From contig NC_058368.1 in assembly GCF_018350175.1 (NCBI RefSeq), forward strand, positions 237,834,001 to 237,898,000: a DNA stretch of 64,000 nucleotides. The letters are read 5' to 3'. Positions 11,663-23,729 of this stretch are shown here, in pieces (within the stretch, counting starts at the first letter, position 1; each line of letters starts with the position of its first letter). The position numbers were made by a program, and so were the translations under genes. A model generated the notes under the pieces. The model was given only the letters and a program-made list of their open reading frames with translations. It was not told the DNA's origin and did no database searches. Source of the DNA: Felis catus (taxonomy: Eukaryota).

Positions 11663-14600
11663 TGAACAAACCCACCAGAGGGAGCTTGTCTGGTCGAGCC
11701 CTTGGGCCGCTCAACAGATTAGCGGAGGGTTTTGTTTGAGAAACACGTTCCAGCGCTTGCCCCACCTGAAGTCCTACAGACCATCCCTGCTTTCTCGGGT
11801 GCAGCGTGGGGGAGAGATGGGGAGACACCTACAAGACGCTGGCCGTGGTGAAGCCAGGATCCAGACAGCGTGTCATCTGTGTGCCCAGAAACAGGAAGCT
11901 CCGTTCTGCCTGCAGCTTGAAAGAAAATACACAGTCAAGTGCGGGACTTTGCACTGGCCGGTCCCAGCCCTTCTTCAATCCCCGGATTGGGGGACACGCG
12001 GTGGACACACAGGCCCTTGGGACAGAACAATTGCTACTGAAGTGAGGTAGCAGGGAGCCCTGTGTGCACGGTCTGGGCCCCGCAGTTCCAGGCACTCAGC
12101 TAGTCCCCACAGGGCTCTGGGCCCCCACCGTGCTCCCATCACGAGCTCAGTGTGAGGACACGTCCCTGTGGCACCAGGCGTGGCCTGTTGGGGGCTGGAC
12201 TGAGGACCGGGGTGACACCAAGTGGGGTCTGTGTCCCCCAACAGTGAGAGGGAAGCAGTGGGTGAGGGTCCTGGTAGGGAGACCAAGCCCACAGGCGGAC
12301 TGCATGAGCCCCTGAGGCAGGAGGCTGGGGCAGGGAGCCTCCAGACGGGGCAGCAGGGACCTGTATCCCGAGGGGTCTCCTCTTTGCTTTGGGGTGTGAG
12401 CCAGGGGGGCACGGGTTGAACTTGTTCTTGCTAGAAGGAGCCATTTGCACACCTCCAGTGAGCGGTGGGCAGTGTGACACGGGGCCCTTCTCCCCAGGGT
12501 CACTGGACAGTGTCCAGCACCCGCCAGTGGTCAGCACCCGGGAGCTCTGCCAGCTGTCACCCTGCTCCCCCTCCCGGCTACACCTGTCCCTACTCCATCC
12601 ACGTCCGCTGGCGCTCGCCCAGCTAAGTTGTTTGAAACCTGGGCCAGATCTTGGAAGGCAAAACGGTCAGAGACTGAGCCCACCTGACGTTCGTAGGTCG
12701 AGCTCACCACGGTTCCTTCCTCCACTTTTGGACGCACGTCGTCCGTGCTGGTGCTTGCTCGCCACTCGCGACCCACGGGCTGCGAGAAGGCAACTCTTTC
12801 AAGGGCCCAGTCTGCAGGACGTACACAGACGATCGTGGCGAGATGTGATAAGGTCATGACAGAGGACGCAGCCCCCACAGGCGGGACCAGGGGGGTGCCT
12901 GGAAACCACAAATGCTCAGGCGCCGATGCCCGAGACGTGAGGCGGAAAGGGGCTCACAGTGAACCTCAAAAGAATCTCAGGGACAGATCGGGGATTTTGT
13001 GGGGACATGAAGGTTGGAGCTTCACCCAGATGGCAGAGGCTAATGAGACCATATTCCTCGGGACACAGAGTGCAGGGTGTAGGACAGTGTCACCTGTGGC
13101 ATCTGGAGTCAGTCCAGGAGGGCAGCCTGGAGGAGGGGCCTGTGAGGAAGCTGCCGCTACAGCCCGGAGTGGGAGGGTGGGGCAGGGGACAGGGGAAATG
13201 ATTCACAGATGTCATCTTGGGACCTGGTTTGGATTGGATGGGGTGCGGGGAGGAGGGGAGACAGGAACATGGGCTCCAGGCGACAGGAGGACACCTGAAG
13301 GTCGTGGGCTCAGAACCTGTATCTGCAGGGAGAGCAGGGCCTCCTGGGTGAGTCTGTGAGGGCCGGGAAAGACACCAGTGGCTGGCGGGGCCTGAGCTGG
13401 CCAGTCCCGGCTCTTACCCGCTGTCCTGTCCCCATCCCAGTCCCACCACGGACAGCAGGCCACCCACTCCCGCCTCCCAGAGGGCCAGCCGCAGGACGTG
13501 TCCAGTGGGAAGGACGGACAGGGCCGGGAGGAGACCTGCCAGCTGCGCTGGGCGGTGGGCCAGCGGGAAAGCGGTGCGGGCAGGTGGTCCCCAGGCGAGG
13601 CCCTCGGTCCCAGCGCCCACTCTGGGGGCAGAGGCGGGGCCAGCGTGGCAGGCTGGCGGGGCTCAGAGTGCGAGCGAGGCCCGAGGGCAGGCGCACCGCC
13701 CCAGGCTGGGTCAGGGCCTCTGACCCCACGACGTCCCGGGAGAGGCCAAGAGGCCGGGCGACGCTGCCCAGAACCAGGAAACCAACGGGGAGGGAGTGGC
13801 CACCAGACAGCCTGGGGCGTTCCTGTGCACAGTCGCAGTCCCCAGGCAGCCACACGGCTCGCACTCGGCTCCGTGGGCCCCAGTGGAAAGGCGTGTCTTG
13901 TGGCCACCGGGGCTCGTGCTGTCACCCTCACCATGGATGTCACACATCCCGCAGAGAAACTGACCCCCGTCACGGGGGCTCTGCCATGTCCCGACACCCC
14001 ACGTGTGCCACTCGTGCCACTAAGGCCCCCGGGAGGGCCGTGCTGCCAGGACCATTGCACAGATCCACACACTGAGGCTCGAATCGGAGCTGCCGCCGTG
14101 CTCAAGGCCAAGGGATGGGGAGGGGTCGGCCAGCCCGGCCCGGGTTCCGCTCTCACTCAACAGAGCCCGCTGCTCTGCCCGTTCTGGGTGCACCGTGTCT
14201 CGGGAGCCCGGGGCTCAGGCGGGCCAAGCCCCACGGGGACCTCCGTGGCTCCACCAGGACGGCGGCCGCCATCCCTGCGAGGCCCGGGCCCGGTGGGGCA
14301 GGGCGGGAGGGACGGTGTCTGGAGCTGCACCCATCATCCCTGCCCTTCCGAGAGCAGCCAGCTGCTGTCCTCCAGGACGGCCAGCTCTTGGGTCACAGCC
14401 TCCGTCCGGGGCTGAGCAAAAGCAAAGGCACAGGCCCGTGGTTCCGTCTCGCGGTGCCTCTTGACGGCCCACCGAGGCACCGTCTCCCCGGATGCCTCCT
14501 CATGTGCCGGTTCCGGGGAAAGCCCGAGGGGGACAGGCAGGCACCCACCGGGGTCTTCAGAGAGCGGGGGACACGCAGGACCCACCGGGCCCTCCCGTCA

Positions 14601-15460
14601 CTCAAGGACCTTCTGACGAGTCCCCTTAAGTGAGCCCCGGGTTTGTGGACGTTGTGATAAAAGCTGAGTCCCTCCCAGAGCACCCAGGACACCCGAGCCA
14701 GGAGAGGACGTGCCGCTGGGTCTGTCTCTGCCCAGAGACACTGTCAGCGACCCCTCCACGCATCCAGAAACGCAGGTTCTCGACAATAATGATAAAACAA
14801 AAAAGGATGTGTTCTGTCTGGAAGGTGTTCACTCCGTCAAACCACTTTTGAAACCTGATAATAGAAAGGAAAGGCAGGAAACAGAGCCTTTAGGAAACCT
14901 GGATGCGTTTCCCCCGAAATCCCCCAGGACAGATGAGCAAACAGTGCTCTCGCCCCAGCAGGCTCCTCTGCTGGCTCGTTAATCACAGCCTGTTACTGTA
15001 ATTTTAATGAATGTTTATCTTATTTTCTTTGTGTAATCCAATTACTTTTGTGTTTTCAGCCAGCATCAGGGATCTCTCCGTTTCCAGAATTCTGCCAGTC
15101 AGACCACTTTCGATGGGAACAATTCAATTCATTATCATTAAGCTCCTACTTTTCATACGACTTTGGGGGGAAATCCGGGAAGGCGACGCTGCGCGGTCCA
15201 GCCCCCGCACGGCGCAGGGGAGCGGCGATCTGTTCTGAGCACCTGAGCCGTCCCATGCCACCGTCCGCCGGGCCCCCTAATGACGTTCTGAGCTGCCAGC
15301 TCATTAACAACCCCGCGTCTGGCAGCCCCGCTTGGCGGGGAGGACGCTGACAGTCGGGCTTGAAGCCTGCGAGAACGTGCAGCCTCGCGGGTCACGTACG
15401 TGGCCTGCTAGTGCCACTGCCGTGCTCGGCTGGGGAGCCAGGGCGGGCACGGTCTCGGCG

Positions 15461-16055
15461 CACTGCGCATGCACGTGTGCATACTGGGGGCACGTGCGTG
15501 TACACGTGTGCATGTGAACTCGTGTGTGCATGTGCACGTATGTGCGTGCACGAGTACATGTGTGCACATGCATACATTGAGTGTTCATGAGCACATGTGT
15601 GTTCATGTATGTGGATGCATGCTCGCCTGTGTGTGCATGTCCATGTGTGCGTGGGTGTGCACATGTGTGCGTGTGCACGTTCGTGTGTGTGTACACATGT
15701 GTGCGCATGTGCAGGTTTGTGCTGCGTGCATGTGTGCGTGCACGTGTGCATACTGTGGGCACGTATGTGCACACGTGCACATGTGAATTCATGTGTGTGT
15801 GCATGCATGTGTGTGCATGTGTGTGCACATGTATACATGTGAGTGTTTGTGTACTGTGTTTGTGAGCACACGTGTGTCCATGTATGTGCATGCATGTTCG
15901 CCTGTGTGCATGTCCACGTGTGCGTGGGTGTGCACATATGTGCATGTGCACATTTGTGTGTGCGTACACATGTGTGTGCATGTGCAGGTGTGTGCGGCAT
16001 GCCTGTGTGTGTGCGTGTGCACATGTGTTCACAAGCACTTGTGTACATGTGCACC
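15461..16055. repeat. Degenerate (TG/CA/CG) alternating purine-pyrimidine tract with internal ~270-bp duplication
   Basis: TGTGCA/TGCGTG-rich throughout. Blocks at 15588-15725 and 15863-15998 are diverged copies of each other. Confidence 0.9.
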
Positions 16056-16783
16056 TGCACTCGTCACAGGAGGCATGCCCTTCTGCTGATCCCTCCCCCA
16101 CACCCCCATGACCACGCTCGCTGGACGGGCCACCGCTACTATCGCTCCAGGGACAGGGCGGCCGCGATCCCGTTCCCTCAGGCCAGTCGAGAGACAACAG
16201 TGGCCGTTGCCACGGGATGGACTCACACTGCTATCACCCGGTTTCTGTTTCTCTCTCAGGACGAGGGCTCAGAGCGGGACACCAGGAACCTTGCCTCCAC
16301 CCCCCCCCCATACCTGCCAGCCCTGGTCTCTGCCCCTCCCTCTCGTGCACACACCTGCTTCTCCACAGAAACTCTCTTCTGCTTCGCTCTTTCAGGGGTG
16401 GAGTTATGCCCCTGCTGGCAGACTGGGGGGATTCGGCGGGTAATTGAGAGCACATCTCAGAGCCTTCGAGCTGCCTAACAGGCCCTCGGACACCGGAAGA
16501 CATGGTTAAGAATAACCCAAGGCCTGGATGGAGGGAAACAGAAAGGGGGAAACAAAATATCCTCTAAATGCCAAGTGATCTTGTGTAGGCAGCAGAAGTA
16601 ATTGAGAACCACGATTACCCCGCAGTGGTCAGCAAATTGCCCAGGAGGTTAAGGTCTACGACCTCCAACGCTTACCGGAGGAAGTCATCAGGGCCCGGCG
16701 TGGCTGCGTTGTGATGGCTGGATTCGCGGGAAGACAGAAGCGGAGTTTACCTAGAAGTGCCTAGTTTAAGAATGGAAGTTCAT

Positions 16784-17015
16784 GGGGCGCCTGGGTGGCG
16801 CAGTCGGTTAAGCGTCCGACTTCAGCCAGGTCACGATCTCGCGGTCTGTGAGTTCGAGCCCCGCGTCAGGCTCTGGGCTGATGGCTCAGAGCCTGGAGCC
16901 TGTTTCCAATTCTGTGTCTCCCTCTCTCTCTGGCCCTCCCCCGTTCATGCTCTGTCTCTCTCTGTCCCAAAAATAAATAAACGTTGAAAAAAATTAAAAA
17001 AAAAAAAAAAAAAAA
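16784..17015 (+). mobile_element. Young feline CAN-SINE (SINEC_Fc-like), full length
   Basis: Head 'ggggcgcctgggtggcgcagtcggttaagcgtccgacttcagccaggtcacgatctc', CT-rich body, 'aataaataaacgttgaaaaaa', long pure A tail. Perfect TSD AAGAATGGAAGTTCAT at 16768-16783 and 17016-17031. Confidence 0.97.
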
Positions 17016-17038
17016 AAGAATGGAAGTTCATGAGGAAT

Positions 17039-17204
17039 GGGGCACCTGGGTGGCTCAGTCAGTTGAGCGTCCGACTTTGGCCCAGGTTGTGATCTCACAG
17101 TCTGTGAGTTCGAGCCCCGCGTCGGGCTCTGTGCTGACAGCTCAGAGCCTGGAGCCTGTTTCGGATTCTGTGTCTCCCTCTCTCTCTGCCCCTGCCCTGC
17201 TCAT

Positions 17205-17242
<38 letters not shown>

Positions 17243-17275
17243 AAAAATAAATAAACATTAAAAATTAAGAAAAAA
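17039..17275 (+). mobile_element. Feline CAN-SINE (SINEC_Fc2-like), full length
   Basis: Head 'ggggcacctgggtggctcagtcagttgagcgtccgact', (CT)n, A-rich tail. TSD AAGTTCATGAGGAA at 17024-17037 and 17276-17289. Confidence 0.96.
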
Positions 17276-18677
17276 AAGTTCATGAGGAAGAAGTGCAAAG
17301 ATTAAGGGTTTCAGGAGGTAATAAATGCTAAATTATGGAACATTCCTGGCAAGTAGCCATTGGAAAAGAAAGTTCTCTTGCAATCCTGTCGTACCCAGTG
17401 GCTGCATTGACGACGTGTGTGACTGGCGGGCAGTCCCAAGCATTTCACGATGACAGCCAGTGGGGTGACCACCCACCCTGACTGTCTGATAGGACTTCTA
17501 ATCCACCGGCCCTGACTTGGGCTTGACCCGGTCGCTTCTGTTGGTACACGTATTGGGAACAAACACCTTTCACCAAGGGTCTGCCAGAGTGAGTGAGCCC
17601 GGCACAGGGTCAGAGATCCTTGCTGGAACCTTAAACATGCCGTGTATCCTGACGCAAGAATCAGCCTCAGTTTCCTCAAACGTCCCTGAAACATATGATG
17701 ATGAAGTCCACGTCGCTTAAACTCCAAAGTACTAAGCAGAAAAGCACTTGGTGTGTTTCCGCATATTTTTATTATAACACAGCAAAGAAGCCCTGAAGAG
17801 GTTTAGAGCCCACACGTCCACGGAAACCCACGGTGTGCAGACAGGTCATGGGAGGCGTGTCGAGACGGGGATTCTGGTTCAGTGGGTGAACTTCTAGCCA
17901 GCCCTCTGGCGACGCTCGTGCTGCTGGGCTTGGACCAGAACGGGGCTCGCAGAGGTCAGAGAGCCAGCCACGGCCCACCGGGCTCTTCCCGCCTTATCCG
18001 GCCAGGACCACGTCACACGGCCAAAGCGTATATCACACCTGGCTCCGTGCCCAACACGCAAAAAGCTGGTGGCAAATACCAGCTATCACGAACAGTGTTG
18101 GGTTTTTCCACTCAGTCATTGGGTGGTGCTAGATATATACTAACATCTTGATCTTGGTGAAAATATTACTTATTTCATAAACCTAAATTGCTATTTTATT
18201 TTCAAAAGTATATGTAAATTAAAACTTATTTTTCAATGACCTGAAACTTATTATTTGATAGTAAAACATTAAAGAAATAAGCTATGGTATTTTATTTCTA
18301 TGGATTTGAAGCATTCTGTGTGCCTAATTAGATTAATTTCCCCAGAAGCTGTTTTTCCAATATCCTTATCTATGAAAACAATATCACTTAATTACAGAAT
18401 AAAGCCATCGCCGTGTTATTTGATTTCTCCGTTCACAAATGTATCGCGGACTGTCAAATATCACTGCATCAGGTGTAAGAGTTATCCCTACAGGTGGGCG
18501 CTCTTCCTTGATAAAACGAATACACTTCTGACTTGAAGTCCTTTCCTTTAAAGCTGTCCTCTCTATGTACTTCACAGTCCTGCGTCCCTTAGGGATAAAA
18601 GCTGGAATTTGGGGTGTAGCGTCGTACAACTGGAACTGTACGGAGTTGGAGGGCGTCCTTTCAATACGAGTATTCAA

Positions 18678-18832
18678 CACCGGCTCTTAGCCCTTACTGC
18701 ATGGTAGAATCCTTGGGGAATTCCTAAAAATGCCACTTCCTGGTCCCCACCCAAAGACCCTGACCTAAGGGGTGAGGCCCCACTTGGAGATCCTTTGCAA
18801 TTCTTAATAGGATGCGGAGTTTAGAACCACGG
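18678..18832. mobile_element. MER5A-like hAT-Charlie DNA transposon remnant
   Basis: 'caccggctcttagccctt...tgcatggtagaatc...aaaaatgccacttcctggtccccaccc...agtttagaaccacgg' with degenerate terminal inverted ends. Confidence 0.65.
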
Positions 18833-20239
18833 CTGCGGGAGAATCCTCTGCTGTGCTTTAATGTTTTTCCCCATATCACGTATGTCCGGGAAGTACCAGT
18901 GAGTGGCCTCTTCCTGGGACAGCTGTTACGGTCAGGTGCACTGGGGCAAGCAAATCTTTAGCCCCATTCCATTTTCCGATTCCAGAGATGCACAGTGTGC
19001 ATAAAAGCTGTCCACTCTCCATGTGCATTTGTTTTAATACAAAAAGTGCCAGAATATTTTGCTGCTGTCTTTGAAGGACTTAGGGAGTAAGGAGAAAAAG
19101 TTCCATAAACACTAAAGATTCTTCCACCTCAGGGCTTTGGTCTATTGTAAACAAACATCTACACGCTTTGGGAACTTTACAGAGCTCAGGAGACCTGGAG
19201 CGAGCATTTGGTTAAAGAGGAAGCCTGTACAGCAAACTCAGCCCGGGCAGCTCACTCCCAGAACACGAGCCAAACGGGAGGACCGTGGGTGAGGAAAGAA
19301 GTGTCGTACCTTAGCAGTAATAATGAGTTCCACCCCAGACCAATAGATTAAAGACGTACCTAATTGCAACAGCAAAACAACCCAAAAAATGTACCGAAAA
19401 GAATAAAGGAAACCACGGCTCTTCCCACCCGACGTGACACTCCACTTTACCCAGGGAACAGTGAGCCAGCTTCTCGGAACGAGACATCGCAGAACGACGT
19501 CCACACGTGCAAGGGCCACTCTGCTGCTTCCGGTTCTACTGGTAGAAAGTAAGCCCCTGAACTCTTGTTCAAGACTTGACATCGGTCTCTGTTTTCTTCA
19601 CTTTGGTCAACAGCACCACTCCAAACGCTTCGCTTCCAGCTTCGGTGACACGCTGTGGACGTCTGTCACCGCCATCCCCTGGGGACAGACTGTCCTCGGA
19701 CCTGCGTGCTGTACTGATCAAGCCCGCTGCCTCCCAAGAAGCGCTGAGATCTCATGGGATGGGACTCCTCCTGCTAGGACCTTCCCCCACCAGCCTTCTG
19801 CAGCCAGAACCACTAAGTCATTCCCGAACGAATACTAACACCTACTCTGCATCTTCTGTGTTAAAGAAATACTACCCAACACACACGCTAAAAATGTTAT
19901 CTTTAATTATGTTTTATGTTTGCACAAAGTTTACACAATTGTTTTATGTTTTCATCTGTGTATTTGCTTCAGTGTTATCTCTTTTAAATTATAAACTAGG
20001 AGGCAGGGACGCATTTTTAAATAATGTTTGCACAATACTTAGCCTAAATCTCAATGAGATGAACAAGGTCAGATCAAATCATCTATGACAGTGGAAGCAT
20101 GCGCATTTTTCCAAATCAACATTCAAAATGGTTATTATAACGTATCTCTTGTCCATGCAGGTATCAGCAGCTGACGTCTCTTCAGTGTTGGCTACATGTG
20201 TGTCTTTTAAAAATGCATTTGTTCCTTACAGTGTAATCA

Positions 20240-20388
20240 AGGCGGGTACTGTTATTACCTGTCCGACAGACAAGGGAGGTCCTTGAGGCATGGGACTGAT
20301 TTGTCCAGGTTTATGCAGCTAGCACATGGTGGGGCAAGATTTGAACCTAGGACCTGGGTTCTGAAACTTGCTCCCTAACTACCTCACT
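20240..20388 (-). mobile_element. MIR SINE remnant
   Basis: 'ggtactgttattacc...acagacaag...ttgtccaggtttatgcagctag...gatttgaacctagg' resembles the reverse-complement MIR core. Confidence 0.7.
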
Positions 20389-22146
20389 TACGTTCTCAGC
20401 ATCCATATGACATCCATATTCGTTTTCTCAGCTGGCTCAAACCAACACCCAAGAGCCACCCAGACGTGTCTCACCGTGTGGCAGCTTAAGTCTTTGAAGC
20501 CACGGGAGTCTCTCTCCTGCCGGTTGGCTAAGGGGAGTCTTATGCAACGTAACGTAATCATGGGAGCAACATCCGCCATTTCTGTTATATCCAACCGGTT
20601 AAAAGCAAGTTGAAGATTTCACCCACACTCAAGGGAGGAGATTGTACAAAGGCGTTACTCTTCGGGGACCTCCCCAAGGTGTTTCTTCCATATTATTATT
20701 ATTAAGGGAAAGATGTCAATGCCAGAACCTCACAGACTTGGGGCACTGGGACAGATTTAAGCTCCATTAAATAGCAACTTCTCTCTTTGAGATTCAAGGA
20801 ATGCACTCCTGGACAGATCGTTGGATGCTAGGAGAGCTGGGCTCTCTCGTGGACTCTGTCACTGACACACACCTGGTGAGCACAGTGACCGACACCAGAT
20901 AGGAAAACCAAAACGCCATTGGTTCGGTGAGTTGGGGGTAGGCTGGAGAGCTTGGAGGAAGTTCCAGGACATGGGATGGTCTGGGCGGGTGATAAAAGGC
21001 ATCGACGTGTACCAAAGAGGAGTGAGGGGAGACGCAGGGGTGTTCACACGGGGAGCCCTGGGAGGATGGAGGCGGGCGGGAGGAAGGTGCAGGTGGGCTC
21101 AGGAAGGAGGGCAGTGGTCTGCGGAGAGAGAGAAGGACTCAGAGTCTGGTGGTTGAGGACAGAAAAGAGACATCTGTGCCCAAAGACTGGGGTGGTCGCT
21201 TTGCACGAGAGTCACTAGAAACAAGGTCCCTATCACGCATTTTCAACCTTAGTGATTTAAGCTTCTTATTAAAAATCAGCCGAGATCGCTGTCACTACGT
21301 CCTGCTTTGACTGTGCGTGTGGGCTGGCATCTCGGGTGGGTCCCCCGTCCCCGCTGCCCACACTTCCACGCGAGTGGGTCGTCTGCTCTCCACAGCTCTT
21401 ATTCTTGCCCCCTACCTGGAAGCTGGCTCCCATCTGCTTGTATCGCCATGGCGTTCGAATGATCGCAACACTGACTGCACTTCCCTTTACGGAACCCTAA
21501 AGAAAAACACAAGCTGTCTTGGGTGTCCCGTGCGGCCAGCCTCGTCTGTCTTGCGCTCTGTCCTACATGAGCACAGGAGAAATTTGTGGGTCGTTACAGG
21601 ATCCTTAACATTCTTACAGTCCCTTAGTTCACCCATATAAAAATCTTTAATTACTGCAATAAAGAAGGGGGCGCATATTATCGGCAGCACATCTTGCTTT
21701 CTCTTCTGTAAGTCCCTCCCTGGGGCCCTATAATTGCTTTAGCCAACCATTAACCCAAAGCAAGGAACTAATAGAGAGTATATTATTGTTTAAATAATGC
21801 ATTCGCCTTGAATATACAATTGTGGAGCGTGGAGGGAGAGCCAGGAGAGGAATATCATTCAGCACAGACCCTCAGCAGGTGAGTATCTTCAACGTTCTCC
21901 TTCCAGAGGGCTCTGAAAATAATCCGTCCGCTTCCTTAGCCCCATCGTGAATAAGCTTGTGTCTGAACGTGAGCGGGGCCAGGGATTCATGAACTTGCAT
22001 CTTTTCGCTTGTCCCAATGTCCCACAGAAGCCTCTTACTCATTGATTAACCAGTGACCTCCATCAGTGCCTAACACACGGGGGTAAAAGTCTGCGCGGAA
22101 GCATCGTCCCGGAAGAAAGATGTTTGCCTTTGTTGAGCAGCCGGGT

Positions 22147-22280
22147 TTCAATCGCATTTAGCAGATATTTACTGAGAGCCCGTGATGGGCTAGACGCTGT
22201 GGAGTTACAACGATGAATGGGCTGGAGGCTTTAGCCTTGAGTATTTATAATCTAGTCAGGGGGAGAGATAAGACAGTCCC
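22147..22280 (-). mobile_element. L2 3' end remnant
   Basis: 'cgcatttagcagatatttactgagagccc...gctagacgctgtggagttacaacgatgaa...tttataatctagt' resembles the L2 3' terminus. Confidence 0.6.
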
Positions 22281-22715
22281 CAGGACAGCATCACACGTAG
22301 TCCAAGACCCGTGTTCGGCTGAGTCCATGCACCGACCGCCCAGCTCAGCCTTGAGGGATGGGCAGCGTGCCGGCCAATCAGGGCCCAGGAGACAGGCCGG
22401 CCAGTGCTCTGACAGCTCCTGGGAGCTCAAGGCCACCAGTGGCCGAAGCAGAGAGAAGAATCCGGCAGCTCCACCACGGAGGTGCTCGGCGGGCAGGTGG
22501 GAGTCTGCTCTCGCCGGCTGGCAGGGAACGGGGGACCGGTGAGGTGCTCCTGGGCAGCAACTCTATCCTCAGAGTCGCACTGGAGGTGGTGAGGTTGGAA
22601 GAAGCCAGATTCGATCAGATGCTACGACAGAGACCAGATGGGAACGATGTCTCATTCTTATAAATTGCGCTTGAAATTATCATCTCCTCTCCTGCCGATA
22701 AGAAAACTGAGCTCA

Positions 22716-22934
22716 GGGGTGCCTCGGTTGCTCAGTGGGTTGAGCATCCAACTTCAGCTCAGGTCATGATCTCGCGATCTGTGAGTCGGAGCCCCGCATC
22801 GGGCTCTGTGCTGACAGCTCGGAGCCTGGAGCCCGCTTCGGATTCCGTGTCTCCCTCTCGCTCTGTCCCTCCCCCACTCACCCTCTGTCTCCCTCTCTCT
22901 CTCTCAAAAATAAATAAACATTAAAAAACAAAAA
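22716..22934 (+). mobile_element. Feline CAN-SINE
   Basis: Typical head, body and tail. TSD AAGAAAACTGAG(C/T)TCA at 22700-22715 and 22935-22950. Confidence 0.95.
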
Positions 22935-23674
22935 AAGAAAACTGAGTTCAGATGGGTAAAATGCCATCGGTGGAGACGACACACGTATAAGGCAGCACTG
23001 GAAGCCAGGCAGCATGTCCTAATGAAGGGCCACGCGAGGAGACGTCAGCAGAGCCCATGGCCGGAGTGACACCACGGTCCAAGGGCTGGAGGCAGAGGCT
23101 GAGAGCCCCTGTGGTCCCCGGCTCCCCGTCACCCCCACCAGGGCCTGGCCAGACCGAGTGGGGAAGGATGAATGGGCTGAGAGGCTCACGGTGCAGGGGG
23201 TTCAGTTCGGCTCAGCCAAGCCTTCCGGGAAGTCCATCCTGACCAGGCTGGTCTGTCCCTTTGCACGGTGACACAGAGGTGAGGAAAACACAGCCCGCTT
23301 TTCTGGGGCTTCCACAGAGATTCCCAGTGGTGAAGGGACTGGAGACAGGGTCATGGCGTCCAGTGGATTGGAGCGGGCAACAAGCCCGTTGCCACCAGGG
23401 CAGATGGATAATCCAAGGACCCCTCAGCTGCCTGGAAACGGGGACGTCCCGGGTCACACCACCCTTTTAACCCTAGTGGATCGGCTGTCAGATCAACTTC
23501 ACAGCCCAGGGCAGGTGCTGGTGACCAACATCACCGGAGCCTACGAAGGGACCCAGCTGGGAAGTCCCTGCTTCAGTCTTGCCCGCCATGCAGGGTCCCT
23601 GGAACAGCGCACAGACCTGCCAGGGCGGGAAGGCCCTCGCCTCTCCACCAGCTGATATTAGAGGGTTGTTTTTA

Positions 23675-23729
23675 GTTTTTTGTTTTTTGTTTTTTGTTTT
23701 TTGTTTTTTGTTTTTTGTTTTTTGTTTTT
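23675..23729. repeat. (GTTTTTT)n microsatellite, ~8 copies
   Basis: Read directly from the sequence. Confidence 0.95.

Noticed and set aside
13444..13456. REST/RE1 site (CACCACGGACAGC)
   Set aside because: The conserved TCAG of the left half-site is missing, so the match is only partial.
13212..14415. Overlapping 239-314-aa ORFs on both strands
   Set aside because: Pro/Gly/Arg/Ala-rich translations of very GC-rich DNA that is open in several frames at once.
15304..16478. His/Thr- or Cys/Val-rich 'metal-binding' ORFs (also ~34200-35000 and ~41700-42100)
   Set aside because: These are translations of CA/TG low-complexity tracts.
16784..16865. tRNA gene (A/B-box-like sequence, same in the other SINE heads)
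   Set aside because: This is the tRNA-derived head of a CAN-SINE, followed by (CT)n, an A tail and TSDs.
19310..19359. 50-nt minus-strand exon candidate (also a 13-nt one at 45907-45919)
   Set aside because: Splice-like flanks are present, but neither preserves frame, the peptides are unrecognised, and no consistent exon chain emerges. Such matches arise by chance.
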